Positions 40,115 through 51,933 of a stretch of DNA of 64,000 nucleotides are shown piece by piece; position 1 is the stretch's first letter; each line of letters opens with the position of its first letter. The stretch is from positions 24,492,001-24,556,000 of the forward strand of contig CM075987.1 of assembly GCA_038087875.1 (NCBI GenBank), written 5' to 3'. The DNA is from Malacoraja senta (Eukaryota). The notes under the pieces were generated by a model. That model was not told the DNA's origin. It saw only the letters and a program-made list of their open reading frames with translations, and did no database searches. A program made the translations under genes and the position numbers.

Positions 40115-40419
40115 TAAGGTAGTTGTGTGTTCATAAGTTGCATAAGTGCATAAGTTGTCTACCTTCGATTTTTCCAGCATCTGCAGTTCTTTCTTAAACT
40201 GAAAGTGTTGCATTTTTAAAAAAGGTGAAAGGTGCCAGTGTTCAGATGTCTTGGATGCACTTGTGAACAAACCACTGGATTACGTGAGAAGCACGTCCTT
40301 AGACAATCATGTTCTTATTGACTATTAAAGTTCTCTTCATTGTATCACTTTTCTGATACTTTATGTTCACTGTAAACAGATTCCTATACTGCTGACACAC
40401 AAAGGCTTGGAAGTGGGGA

Positions 40420-40728
40420 GGATGGTCGCACTAGTGGGAGAGTCTAGGACCAGAGGCCACAGCCTCAGAATAAAAGGATGTGCCTTTAGAAAGGAGATGA
40501 GGAGGAATTTCTTTAGTCGGAGGGTGGTGAATCAGTGGAGTTCATTGTCACAGAAGGCTGTGGAGGCCGTCAATGGATATTTTCAAGGAGCAGATTGATA
40601 GATTCTTGATTAGTACGGGCGTCAGGAGTTATGAGGAGAAGGTAGAATATGGTTGAGAGGGAAAGATTGAATGGCGGAGTCGATTTGAAGGGCCGAGTGG
40701 CCTAATTCTGCCCCTGCAACTTATGAAC
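40420..40728 (+). mobile_element. CR1 LINE 3' fragment
   Basis: LVGESRTRGHSLRIKG..FRKEMRRNFFSRRVVN. Confidence 0.82.
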
Positions 40729-41599
40729 ACACAACTACTATTTGGTTACTGAGGGAGATTGGAGTTGTCCTGTAATATGAATGAAGGAACTGCCCAGTCG
40801 GAAGAAAGGTCTCGACCTGCAAAGGTCACCTATTCTATTTCTCCAGAGATGTTGCCTGACCCGCTGAGCTGCTCCGGCATTTTGAGTCTTTCCTACACAT
40901 TATACAGGCACTTCATCCTCTTTCAAACTTTGTAATTAGCCTAAACAAAAATGGCTGCGTGCTTCTCACTTTCATCTTTGAGGGAAAGAAAAAAAACAAT
41001 TTCTTAAAATACTGGTGCACTGACCATTGTCAAACCACTGTCCCGTTGAACCCGATCTGTTCATAGATTTATGTTCTGTCTTACCCCCAAGTCCAGGTAT
41101 TTTCTGATCATAAGACGGACACAAAATGCTGGAATAACTCAGCGGGTCAGGCAACATCTCTGGAGAGAAGGGATGGGTGACATTTCGGGTCGACACTCCA
41201 CCCGAAACGTCACCCATCCCTTCTCTCCAGAGATGCTGCCTGACCCGCTGAGTTGCTCCAGCATTTTGAGGCTATATTGTATGGTAAAATGTGTTGCTTT
41301 CTTTCAGTGGTGTAAGGTACTTCAGAGTTTGTTATTTACTAGCCAGCACGAGATGATTCATCTCGTACGCCAGTTTAGAGCGGTGCAATGCTTCAACTGC
41401 AAAAAAGACAGGCCATATAAATTGACTGTGCAGGGCTGGAGCCAAAATAACGACTGCCAAATTCGTTCACAATGCAAGGGTAACACTGAGCTTTTTGTGA
41501 CGGTCTGTGTAAGAGTTACATTTCGCATTGTGAACATATTTTGTGACTTTATTTGTCATATTCCTGAGGGCGAAGTTGGATTCACGGGAGGTTGGTCTT

Positions 41600-42370
41600 G
41601 GAGGGGGAGGATGCTCCTCAAACTGCGGAGCATCCTGGACAATACAGCTCACCGCCTCCATGGCACACTGGTCAACCTGAGGAGAAAACCTCAGCAACAG
41701 ACTGGTTCCACCAAGATGCAGCGCAGAACGCCACAGGAGATCCTTCTTCTCCGTGACTATCAAACCGCACATTAATAATAATATGAATAATAATAATAAA
41801 TCTATTTGTATAGCACGTTTAAAAACAATTCACGTTGACCAAAGTGCTTCACATCATGTTGATACATACAGCGGTAGACAGACCTAACAATACATACATA
41901 CACTGTTTACAGCGCCCCCTCAGAGGGGCTCAAAAATGCTTGGGAGTAGAAATAGGTTTTGAGTCGTGGTTTAAAGATGGTGGGGGCAGTTCTGATGAGG
42001 AGCGGGATGCTATTCCACAGTTTAGGTGCTGCAACCGCAAAAGCACGGTCACCCCTGAGCTTAAACCTAGACCGCGGGATAGTCAGTAGCCCCAAGTCGG
42101 CCGACCTGAGGGACCTGGAGGTAGAACGGTTGCTTAGAAGATTACAACTCCTCCCCCATTCTGTCATGGGGTGGGGTAGACTGAGAGTGACTCCCTCCCC
42201 CCCCCCCCGGCCCCCCCTCCCCAATCTTTGCACATCCCCAATCCTTTCCACCCGTCACTTTAATTTCACGTTTCATGTATCTTGTGGTGTATGACTGTTG
42301 GCAGATCAATTCCCCTCCTGGGATAAATAAAGTTCTATCGTATCGTATTGTATCATATCGTATCGTACCG
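41600..42370 (+). mobile_element. Rex1/Babar LINE 3' end, interrupted by an L2
   Basis: RMLLKLRSILDNTAHRLHGTLVNL... and a 3' UTR ending gggataaataaagttc(tatcg)n. Confidence 0.72.
41772..42135 (-). mobile_element. L2 LINE 3' end
   Basis: RSLRSADLGLLTIPRSRFKLRGDRAFAVAAPKLWNSIP...FKPRLKTYFYSQAF and 3' tgtgaagcactttgg...gtgctatacaaataga(tta)n. Confidence 0.85.
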
Positions 42371-42543
42371 TATACACTGATATGGATCAGAACAATGAAA
42401 TTCTTACTTGCTGCAGCTTTAAAGACACATTGAATGCAACAAAAACAATAACTGAACAATAAATTATTAGTTATTCAAGCTAAACCTGAAGATATTAGCA
42501 CAAAAAACGAAGTATGTATCGGAACCATAGTAGTTAAGTAGTT

Positions 42544-42930
42544 AACATATAAGATTGTTAAGGGCTTTGACACGCTAGAGGCAGGAAACATGTTCCCGGT
42601 GTTTGGGGGAGTCCAGAACCAGGGGCCACAGTTTAAGAATAAGGAGTAAGCCATTTAGAACGGAGACGAGGAAACACTTTTTCTCGCAGAGAGTGGTGAG
42701 TCTGTGGAATTCTCTGCCTCTGAGGCCGGTGGAGGCCAGTTCTCTGGATGCTTTCAAGAGAGAGCTAGACAGGGCTCTTAAAAATCGCGGAGTCAGGGGA
42801 TATGGGGAGAAGGCAGGAACGGGGTACTGATTGGGGATGATCAGCCATGATCACATTGAATGGCAGTGCTGGCTCTAAGGGCCGAATGGCCTGCTCCTGC
42901 ACCTATTGTCTATTGTCTATTGTCTATTGT
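42544..42930 (+). mobile_element. CR1 LINE 3' fragment
   Basis: GESRTRGHSLRIRSKPFRTETRKHFFSQRVV...GTGY. Confidence 0.9.
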
Positions 42931-43861
42931 CTAGTTCAACTGTATTAGTTGAGGTCGGCCGTAGATAGAATGAAAGTTGATGGGAAGAAGTTCTTGAACC
43001 AGTTCTCAGGCTCATAAGAATATGTGATAGGAGCAGAATTAGGCCATTCAGCCCATCAAATCTACTCCACCATTCAGCCGTGGCTGATCTATCTCTCCCT
43101 CCTAACCCCATTCTCCTGCCTTCTCCCCATAACCTCTGACACCCGTACTAATCAAGAACCTATCTATCTCCGCCTTAAAAATATCCACTGACTTGCCCTC
43201 TACAGTCTTCTGCTACATCCACAGATTCACCACCCTCTGAATAAATACATTTCTCCTCATCCCCTTACCAAAAGAACATCCTTTAATTCTGAGGCTATGA
43301 CCTCTAGTTCTAGAGTTCTAGACTCTCCCATTAATGTACACCAGTTGAAGCTTGTAGAGTATCCGGCAACATGGTGAATCCCCTTAAACACTTGAGGAAG
43401 GAGATGTGTTGTGAAAGCTGATCAGTATTTTGAAGACTGAATTTGCCTTTAGCAGTATTATTGGGAAATGCCACAAACTTTAAATATAAAGTGAAAGAAT
43501 GGTCCATGTATAGATATCAACGTTGTTACATCTACTGTGCAGGAAGGAATGGCAGATGCTAGTTTATACCAAAGGTAGACACAAAGTGGTGGACTAACTC
43601 AGCGGGCCAGGCAGCATCTCTGGAGGAAAGGGGTGGGTGATGTTTCAGGTTGGATCCGTTCTTCTGACCAGAGTCTGAAGAAGGGTCCCGACCCAAAAAG
43701 TCACCCATCCTTTTTCTCCAGAGATGCTGCCTGACCCGCAGAGTTACTCCAACATGTTGTGTCCATCTTGTCACATCTACTTATTACTTCAGCAGTCAAT
43801 GGAGCGTTTAATTGTTACGTGGACCGACAATGGAATGATGAAATTCTTACTTGCTGCAACT

Positions 43862-44750
43862 TAACTTTGATTTGATTTGATTTGATCCAACTATATTGTC
43901 ATTGTCCATAGTACAAGTACTTAAACAACGAAATGCATTTTCCCATACAGCCATACAAATAAAAAAATAAAAAAAAAGCACAGAACATAATAATCTATAA
44001 CACAAACATCCCCACAGCGGTACCAAAGTTTCCCACTGTGAGGCAAGGCACCAAAGTTCAGTCAACCTCCACGCTGACGTTCCCCGATGTTCACCTGTGG
44101 TCAGGGCCTCCCGAGCCCCCCGCAGTCGTCTCTACGGGCGGCTCGATGTTCAGGCCCTCTCGCCGGGACGATGGAACTCCAACGTCGGAACAGAAGAACA
44201 TCCTCAGCGGCCTGGACCTCTGGATCGGCCACTTCCTACCGGAGTCCGCGGCTCCCGAAGTCCACAGGCCGAGCTGGGCGGAGATTCAACGCTGGCGGCC
44301 CTCGGCAAAGGGTCCCAGGACTCCGCGATGTTGGTCAGCGCTGCCCGCGATGGGGAGCTCTACAAACCACAGCTCCGCGATGTCGATGCTGCAGGCCCAA
44401 CACTCCGGAGCTTCAAACGGCGATCCCAGGTGAGGCATCGCCCGCTCCGCGATGTATCCAGCGCTGCGCCGCCGCTGCTGAAACTTTGGTCGGGTCCCCG
44501 GCAGGAAAGGCCGCGCCAATCCAGTTGGTAGGCCGCGAGGAGGGGGCGAGGGCGTGACTCGGAAAATAGTTGCATCCTCGCCAGGAAGTGACTGAAAAAC
44601 GGTTCCCCCCTTACCCTATCCCCCTCCCCCACACAAAATACCGGAAAAAAATCCTCCAAAACATACCCCAAACAAACCAAAAATTAAAAAAAGACAGAAA
44701 AACAAACAGACTGTAGGCAGAGGCAGCCATCATGCAGCGCCACCGGATGT
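43862..44750 (-). mobile_element. GC-rich non-autonomous retroposon, same family as 4485-5732
   Basis: 5' ccggtggcgctgcatgatggctgcc, shared core ggcatcgcccgctccgcgat...ccagcgctgcgccgccgc, tail (atcaa)n. Confidence 0.62.
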
Positions 44751-45276
44751 ACATCCCCATAAATGCAATGGCACACAAATAATATATAATAATCAAAAAC
44801 ACAGTAAATTAATAACCACATTGCTAGGGAGCCATAATAGTGCAAAACACAACAAAGTTTGGAGTTCAACCAAAAACATGATCCATAGATAATCTTAGGT
44901 GCTTGACCATGGGTAGAGTTATACAGACAAAGATGTTTGGTAAAGTGCCAATTATATACAGGCCCAAGATGGCGCCCAAGCCAGACAACTCTTTGTGTGC
45001 TGGTCACAGAAGTGCAATCACACATTACAATCGCTCCACTCCTTTGAATCTCCACTCCTACAGCAGCATTTCTTATTTAAACTATGCTCTTCTTAATCTC
45101 CTCTCAGATGTTCACGTTATTCCCTTGATCATGTATGTGTACATTGAGGATGGCTCTATTGCGATCACGTGCTGGCGTTCCGCTGACTGGTTAGTACGCA
45201 ACAAAGGCTTTTCACTGTACCTCGTTACATGTGACAATAAGCTAAACCCACAACTTGAAGGATCATGCTTAATTTG

Positions 45277-45527
45277 CGGCGTGGCAGCGCAGCGGTAGAG
45301 TTGCTGCCTTACAACGCCGGAGACCCTGGTTCGATCCTGACTACAGGTGCTGTCTGTGCAGAGTTTGTACGTTCCCCCTGTGACCTGCGCGGGCTTTCTC
45401 CGAGATCTTCGGTTTCCTCCCACACTCCAAAGACGTACAGGTTTGTAGGTTAACTGGCTCGGTATAAGCGTAATTTGTCCATAGCGTGCGGGGATTGCTG
45501 TTCGGCACGGACTCAGCACTGAACTAA
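45277..45527 (+). mobile_element. V-SINE
   Basis: B box and V domain. Confidence 0.82.
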
Positions 45528-45816
45528 AATGTAAAGGCAAACTCTGGTGAGACGCTGAAAGCTTGTCGTCAGAAGCAGATTGTGGTATCCAGGGAAGGAC
45601 AAGTCATAAAGCCACAGGAGTTGACTCCACATTACTAAGAAAAGATTGGCTCAAAGAATTAGAAATGGATTTTAAGAATATTGTTTCGGCATTTCACAAT
45701 CACCTCCAGACCACCTTCCAGAACAGCATGCACATAATATTGGAATTAAGGTCCACATATGACTTAAGTTGAAAGCCAGGCTAGTGTAATGCAAGCCTAA
45801 ACTGGTACCACATGAT

Positions 45817-46038
45817 ATAGAAACATAAAAAATAGGTGCAAGAATAGGCCATTTGGCCCTTCGAGCCAGCAATTCAATATGATCATGGCAGATCATCCAA
45901 AATCAGTACCCCGTTCCCGCTTTTTGCCCATATCCCATGATTCCATGAGCCCTAAGAGCTATATCCATCTCTCTCTTGAAACCATTCAGTGAATTGGCCT
46001 CCACTGCCTTCTGTGGCAGAGAATCCCACAGATTCACA
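45817..46038 (-). mobile_element. CR1 LINE 3' end
   Basis: VNLWDSLPQKAVEANSLNGFKRE...GTGY. Confidence 0.85.
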
Positions 46039-46351
46039 AGTGGAGGAGGATTTGAACCAATGAGACTGACATGGTTTGTTGGCCCACACCTCACAATTTG
46101 ATTAATTGCAAATTTTTGTTGTGGTGCTCAAAGCCAACAAGATGGTTTGTCTTTCCGGGGACTAAGGCAAACTTGAACAGAACTGTAGATGTTGAACAGC
46201 ATTTGTTGGCAATGTCACATTATTTGTATACTGAATGAAAAAAAGCCAGGATCCTTACAAAGATGGAACAGCAAAACAAAGCTAACACCATCACCATCAA
46301 TAAAGGCCTTTATTATCAGGGACAGTTTCTTCCCAGCAGTATTCTGGTGAC

Positions 46352-46862
46352 TGAATTTGAGGAAGGACATTCTTGCTATTGAGGGAGTGCAGCGTAGGTT
46401 TACAAGGTTAATTCCCGGGATGGCGGGACTGTCATATGCTGAGAGAATGGAGCGGCTGGGCTTGTACACTCTGGAGTTTAGAAGGATGAGAGGGTATCTC
46501 ATTGAAACATATAAGATTGTTAAGGGTTTGGACACGCTAGAGGCAGGAAACATGTTCCCGATGTTGGGGGAGTCCAGAACCAGGGGCCACAGTTTAAGAA
46601 TAAGGAGTAAGCCATTTATAACGGAGACGAGGAAACACTTTTTCTCATAGAGAGTTGTGAGTCTGTGGAATTCTCTGCCTCAGAGGGCGGAGGCAGGTTC
46701 TCTGGATGCTTTCAAGAGAGGGCTAGATAGGGCTCTTAAAAATAGCGGAGTCACGGGATATGGGGAGAAGGCAGGAACGGGGTACTGATTGGGGATGATC
46801 ACATTAAATGGCGGTGCTGGCTCGAAGGGCCGAATGGCCTACTCCTGCACCTATTGTCTATT
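46352..46862 (+). mobile_element. CR1 LINE 3' fragment inserted in a Rex1 3' end (~46310-47110)
   Basis: RKDILAIEGVQRRFTRLIPG.... The flanks encode RDSFFPAV and the Rex1-type UTR. Confidence 0.88.
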
Positions 46863-47126
46863 GAATCATCCTACCACAACTAGAGAGCGGTCCTGAACTA
46901 CTATCTACCTCATTAGTGACCCTCGGACTATCCTTGATCGGACTTTACTGGCTTTACCTTGCACTAAATGTTATTTCCTTATCATGTATCCATACACTTT
47001 AAATGGCTCGATTATAATCATGTATTGTCTTTCCGCTGACTGGTTAGTACGCAACAAAGGATTTTCACTGTACACGTGAGTCAACTAAACTGAAAATGAA
47101 CTGAAACTGAACCGAACTATCAGATT

Positions 47127-47390
47127 AGTTTAGTTTAATTTAATTTAGTTTAGTTTGGGGATACAGCACGGAAGGCCTTTCGCCCACTGCGTCCGCACCG
47201 ACCAGCGATCCCCGCACTCTAACACTGTAAGACATTAAGCACAGTTTTTACATTTATATCAAGCCAAATAACCTACAAACCTGTATATCTTTGGACCAAC
47301 GTTTTTGGAGAAAACTCACGCAAGGCACGGGGTGAATGTAGAGACAGCACCCGTAGTCAGGATCGAACATGGGTCCTTTGCGCTGTAGGC
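47127..47390 (-). mobile_element. V-SINE, degenerate
   Basis: Tail and B box. Confidence 0.72.
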
Positions 47391-47991
47391 GCTATAAGAA
47401 GAATCTTGAATGAATCAAGCACACTTTCCAGAGTTCCCCATGTTTCGTGCATACTATTCCGCCTATTGACACCCTATGGACTTAGAAACCATAGGGACAT
47501 GTGCATTACAAGGACGTGGATGTGAGTTACGTGGAACTGTGTCAAGTGATTCCAGTTCACTGGATCGGCTGAGATTTATTGGCTCACAAGTTAGGCCAGG
47601 TAGAAGGAGATAAAACGGTGCAAAGCAACGCTTCTTCACATCTCCCCCATGCTCAGTTCTATGAGCAACGAACAAGTTTATGTAAAAATCACTCTAATGA
47701 CCAGAATTTTAACCCTGTGGACATACGAGGAGAGAAGCAACTCCCAAACAGAGTACAAATGATGAAGGAAACACACTTGAAAAATAAGCAAAACTACGGT
47801 GGCGCAGCGGTAGAGTTGCTGCCTCACAGCGCTTGTAGTGCCAGAGACCCGGGTTCGATCCCGACTATGGGTCCTGTCTGTACGGAGTTTGTACGTTCTC
47901 CCCGTGACCTCATGGGTTTTCTCCGTGAACTTCGGTTTCCTTCCACACTCCAAAGACGTACAGGTTTGTAGGTTCTTCTTCGTGTTTTTAT

Positions 47992-48858
47992 GGATTGAGT
48001 ATAAAAACACGGAGGTCTTGCTGCAGCTGTACACAGTATTAGTGAGACCACATTTGGAATACTGTGTACAGTTCTGGGGTCCATACTTAAGAAAGGATGT
48101 ACTGGCCCTGGAGGCAGTGCAGCGAAGGTTTACAAGATTAATTCCTGCAATGAGGGGATTGACATATGAGGAAAGGTTAAGTAGGCTGGAACTCTACTCT
48201 TTGGAGTTTAGAAGAATGAGAGGCGATCTCATTGAAACATATAAGATCGTGAGGGGCCTTGATCGGGTGGATGCACCGAGGATGTTCCCAATGATCGGGG
48301 AAACTAGAACTAGGGGACATAGTTGTAGAATAAGAGGGGGCTCTTTTAAAACTGAGATGAGGAAGAACTTCTTCACCCAGAGGGTGGTTAATTTATGGAA
48401 TTCACTGCCCCAGGGAGCAGTGGAAGCAGAAACATTAAATATATTTAAATCTAAAATAGATGGTTTTTTAGCTGCCAAGGGGATAAGGGGCTACGGGGAG
48501 AGGGCAGGGATATGGACCTAGGTATGGTTAGTATAGTAAGACCTGAGTGATCTCCTGGACAAGTGTCGATCGCCTGGATTGGGGTCGGAGAGGAATTTCC
48601 CGGATTTTTTTCCCGAATTGGACCTGGGTTTTTATCCGTTTTTTTGCCTCCCCCAGGAGATCACGCGGTTCTTGGGGTGGAGAGGGGTGATAGCGATATA
48701 AAGGGGAGGGTAGTGTCTTGTGTTCTGTGTCTTGTGTCTACTGTTTGTGGGTAAGGGTGTCTGTTTAGTGTTCAGCCATGAGCGAATGGCGGTGCAGGCT
48801 CGATGGGCCTGGTGGTCTACTCTCGCACCTACTTTCTATGTTTCTATGTTTCTATGTT
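47992..48858 (+). mobile_element. CR1 LINE, distinct subfamily with an extended 3' UTR
   Basis: IEYKNTEVLLQLYTVLVRPHLEYCVQFWGPYLRKDVLALEAVQRRF...GYGERAGIWT*, then a ~340-nt UTR and (ttctatgt)n tail. Confidence 0.92.
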
Positions 48859-48981
48859 TCATGTCCATCTTCCACGTTTCAAATGTTGACATTGCTGTCA
48901 TCGTCCGTCCTGAAAAGGACACGTGCTTCCGGCGACAATCAGTGGGGGAGCCATCGCTTGTCGCAGTAGATGATGGTGGTG

Positions 48982-49046
48982 GCAGAATTAGCTCGGGATA
49001 CTTCCAGTTTCCAGCCCCGCCATGTGGACGCTTCTGCTACGGGGCC
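48982..49046 (-). ncRNA. HDV/CPEB3-like self-cleaving ribozyme fold (possibly degenerate) at the 5' end of a short retroposon
   Basis: Minus strand reads GGCCCC GTA GCAGAA GCG TCCACAT GGC GGGGCT GG AAACTGGAAGTATCCCGAG CTAA TTCTGC. P1 has a G1-U wobble, P2 is GCAGAA/TTCTGC, L3 CC can pair with GG (P1.1), J4/2 is CTAA. P3 has one mismatch. Confidence 0.72.
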
Positions 49047-50487
49047 GGTTTGTAGGAGAATTGGCTTGGTATCAATGTAAACTGTCCCTGGTGTGTGTAG
49101 GATAGTGTTAATGTGCGGGGATCGCTGGCCGGCGCGGACTCGGTCGGCCGAAGGGTCTGTTTCCGCGCTGCATCTCTAAACTAAACTAAACAAAACCAAA
49201 GTTATTTCGCAGTTGCAAAGCAAGAGCTTTGCTTTTTGGCCAAGAGGAGTAGAATCTATCAGAAACAGTAAATCCTCATTACATTGTGAATGTTGAGAAG
49301 CCAGACAAATAGTTTATTGTGGCATGGTGGACCGCATAGCATGCAGAGCGTGCTTGAACAGGGAATTAATAAGACTTCAGCTCACGCACTTGTTATCCAA
49401 GTAAGGCACAGAGCAAGAGTATGTCTAGATCATTGAAACTACTGTACTGTCTGCTTCAATTCTATGGCCCAGAAAATTGTAATGTGATGAAGCAGCCTGC
49501 CAACATCAACATGGAGGTCATTCTTGCAGCAAGCACAGAGCTCGGTTTAATACACTAAACCTCCTCTCACTATGCAAGGCTGCAATCCATGAGGCGGCCC
49601 AAGTGTGTAAAGGGTTCAGGTTTTCTGCTTTAAAACTTGCATCAATTCGCACCTAATTTATTTCCACTGGTTCGCGGAGCATAGCGAAGGGAAGTCCAGC
49701 AATCTCCTTGAAGTTTCGTTGGTTTTTTTTTTTTGTTTTTTGCAGAGGGCGTTTGCCAAGTTCCAGAGTTGAGGCGGCCCACCAGCTTGAGATGTGCGGG
49801 AAGGAACTGCAGATGCCAGTTGACACCCGGAGGTAGACACCAAAAATGCTGGAGTAACTCAGCGGGACAGGCAGCATCACTGCCTGATGGTGTCAGGGGT
49901 TATGGGGAGAAGGCAGGAGAATGGGGTTAGGAGGGGAGAGATAGATCAGCCATGATTGAATGGCGGATTAGACTTGATGGGCCGAATGGCCAAATTCTGC
50001 TCCTCTCACTTGTGACCTTATAGAAGGAATGGGTGTTTTTTTCAGTCGAGACCCTTCTTCAGTCTGAAGAAGGGTCTCGACCTGAAACGTCACCCATTCC
50101 TTCTCTCCAGAAATGCTGCCTGTCCCACTGAGTTACTCCGGCATTTTGAATTTATCACCAGGTTGAAATGTTGGAGGACATGGGTAGAACTGAGACATAA
50201 GGGAGGACAAGAAGTGGCCCAGTTTTCGGTGAAGGCAGAAGACCATCAGTGTTGAGGTTAAGAAGAATTTTCAAGAAAAGCATTAAAAGAAATGCAGCAC
50301 AGTTTAAATGATCTGAGATGAGGAAAAACGTTTTCACCCAGAGAGTTGTGAATCCGTGGAATTCTCTGCCACAGAAGGCAGTGGAGGCCAATTCACTGGA
50401 TGTTTTCAAGAGAGAGTTAGATATAGCTCTTAGGGTTAATGGAATCAAGGGATATGGGGAGAGAGCAGGAACGGGTTTTGAATGATC

Positions 50488-50730
50488 AGTTTAGAGATAC
50501 AAAACGGAAACAGGCCCTTCGGCCCACCAGGTCCGCGCCGACCAGCGATCCCCGCACATTAACACCATCCTACACCCACTGAGGACAATTGTTTTTACGC
50601 TTACCAAGCCAATTAACCTCCAAACTTGTACGTCATTGGAGCGTGGGAGGAAACCGAAGATCTCGGAGAAAACCCACGCAGGTCAGGGGGAGAACGTACA
50701 AACTCCGTACAGACAAAACCCATAGTCGGG
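50488..50730 (-). mobile_element. V-SINE (3' part)
   Basis: V domain and tail. Confidence 0.82.
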
Positions 50731-51574
50731 GAGGATATGGTTAGGGAGACAGACACAAAATGTTGGAGTAACTCAACGGAGCAGGCACCATCTCTGGAGA
50801 GAAGGAATGGGTGACATTTCGGGTCAAGACCCTTCATCGGGCCGTCTGAAGATGGGTCTCAACCCAAAACACCACCTATTCCTTTTTCTCCAGAGATGCT
50901 GCCTTATCTGCTGAGTTGCTCCAGCATTTTGTGTCTATCTTCGGTGTAAACCAGTATCTGCAGCTCCTTCTTACGCATATGGTTATGGAGATATGGTTGG
51001 GGCGGCCCATCTACCTAACGGCCTGATATTCACACCACAGGGAACAGTCACATGTACAACTTTGAAACTGGGCTCTGAGATGACACAACAGCAGATGGAG
51101 AACAACAATGGAAGAAAACACTGAAATTGGGGGGTATACCCAGCAAATGGGGGTAAATCTATGGGGAGAGAAGCATTGGTGTATCAGGATCGATCAGCTT
51201 TCATTGCTCAATCTCTTTACAGATGTTGACTAATCTGCTGAGTTATTTTTTTAACAATTTCTGTTTCTGCATTCTATCTGTTGCATTTCTTAAGTTCATG
51301 AGTTCTAAGAGCAGAATTAGGCCATTCGGCCCATCGAGTCTACGCCGCCATTCAATCATGCCTGAACGATCTTCCCCTCTCAACCCCATTCTCCTGACTT
51401 CTCCCTAGAACCCCTGACACCCCATACTGATCAAGGAACTATCTCTTAAAAATACCCATTGACTTGGCCTCCACAGTCTCCTGTGGCAATGAGTTCCACA
51501 GATTCACCACCCTTGCTCGACATGTTTCCTTAGTGGATGTGTGATGGCAATCAATACAGTTTATAATATAGTAA

Positions 51575-51933
51575 AGCCCCTGTCCCACTGTACGAGGCCA
51601 TTCAAGGGTTCTCCCGAGTTTTCCCCTGATTCGAACTCGGAGAAGGTCCATAGCGGGTCCGTAGGAGTTCGTGGATGTCTCATAGCGGTTCGTGCGAGTA
51701 AAAAGTAACAATTTTTGTCATCACGAGTATTTTTTTACTCGTGGACATTTTTTGCAGGGATGAAAAAAAACGTCACGAGTTTACCGGATGTCCCGAGGAC
51801 CTACCGTTAGCATTACGAGCCGCTACGAGACATCCACGGACTCCTACGGACCCGCCACGGACATTCTCCGAGTTCGGGTGAGGGGAAAACTCGGGAGAAC
51901 TCTTGAATTAGCTCGTACAGTGGGACGGGGGCT
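51575..51933. mobile_element. PIF/Harbinger-type MITE, complete
   Basis: ~120-bp imperfect TIRs starting agcccctgtcccactgtacgag. TAA TSD at 51572-51574 and 51934-51936. Confidence 0.85.

Larger units (their letters stand above)
47973..49046 (-). mobile_element. Short (~200 nt) non-autonomous retroposon with 5' HDV-like ribozyme and (GAA)n tail, split by a CR1 insertion and itself inserted in a V-SINE
   Basis: 10-bp TSD GGTTTGTAGG at 47963-47972 and 49047-49056. Tail ttcttcttc at 47973-47981. Body at 48857-49046. Confidence 0.7.
47796..49190 (+). mobile_element. V-SINE split by nested insertions (47796-47972 and 49047-49190)
   Basis: Head and V domain before the insertion, tail after it. Confidence 0.85.

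Noticed and set aside
44038..44680. Overlapping GC-rich ORFs
   Set aside because: Stop-poor repeat interior, with frames not conserved relative to the copy at 4544-5065.
48859..49046. 3' transduction by the CR1
   Set aside because: Better explained as a pre-existing minus-strand element. Its GAA tail lies on the other side of the LINE and there is no LINE-type tail at 49046.
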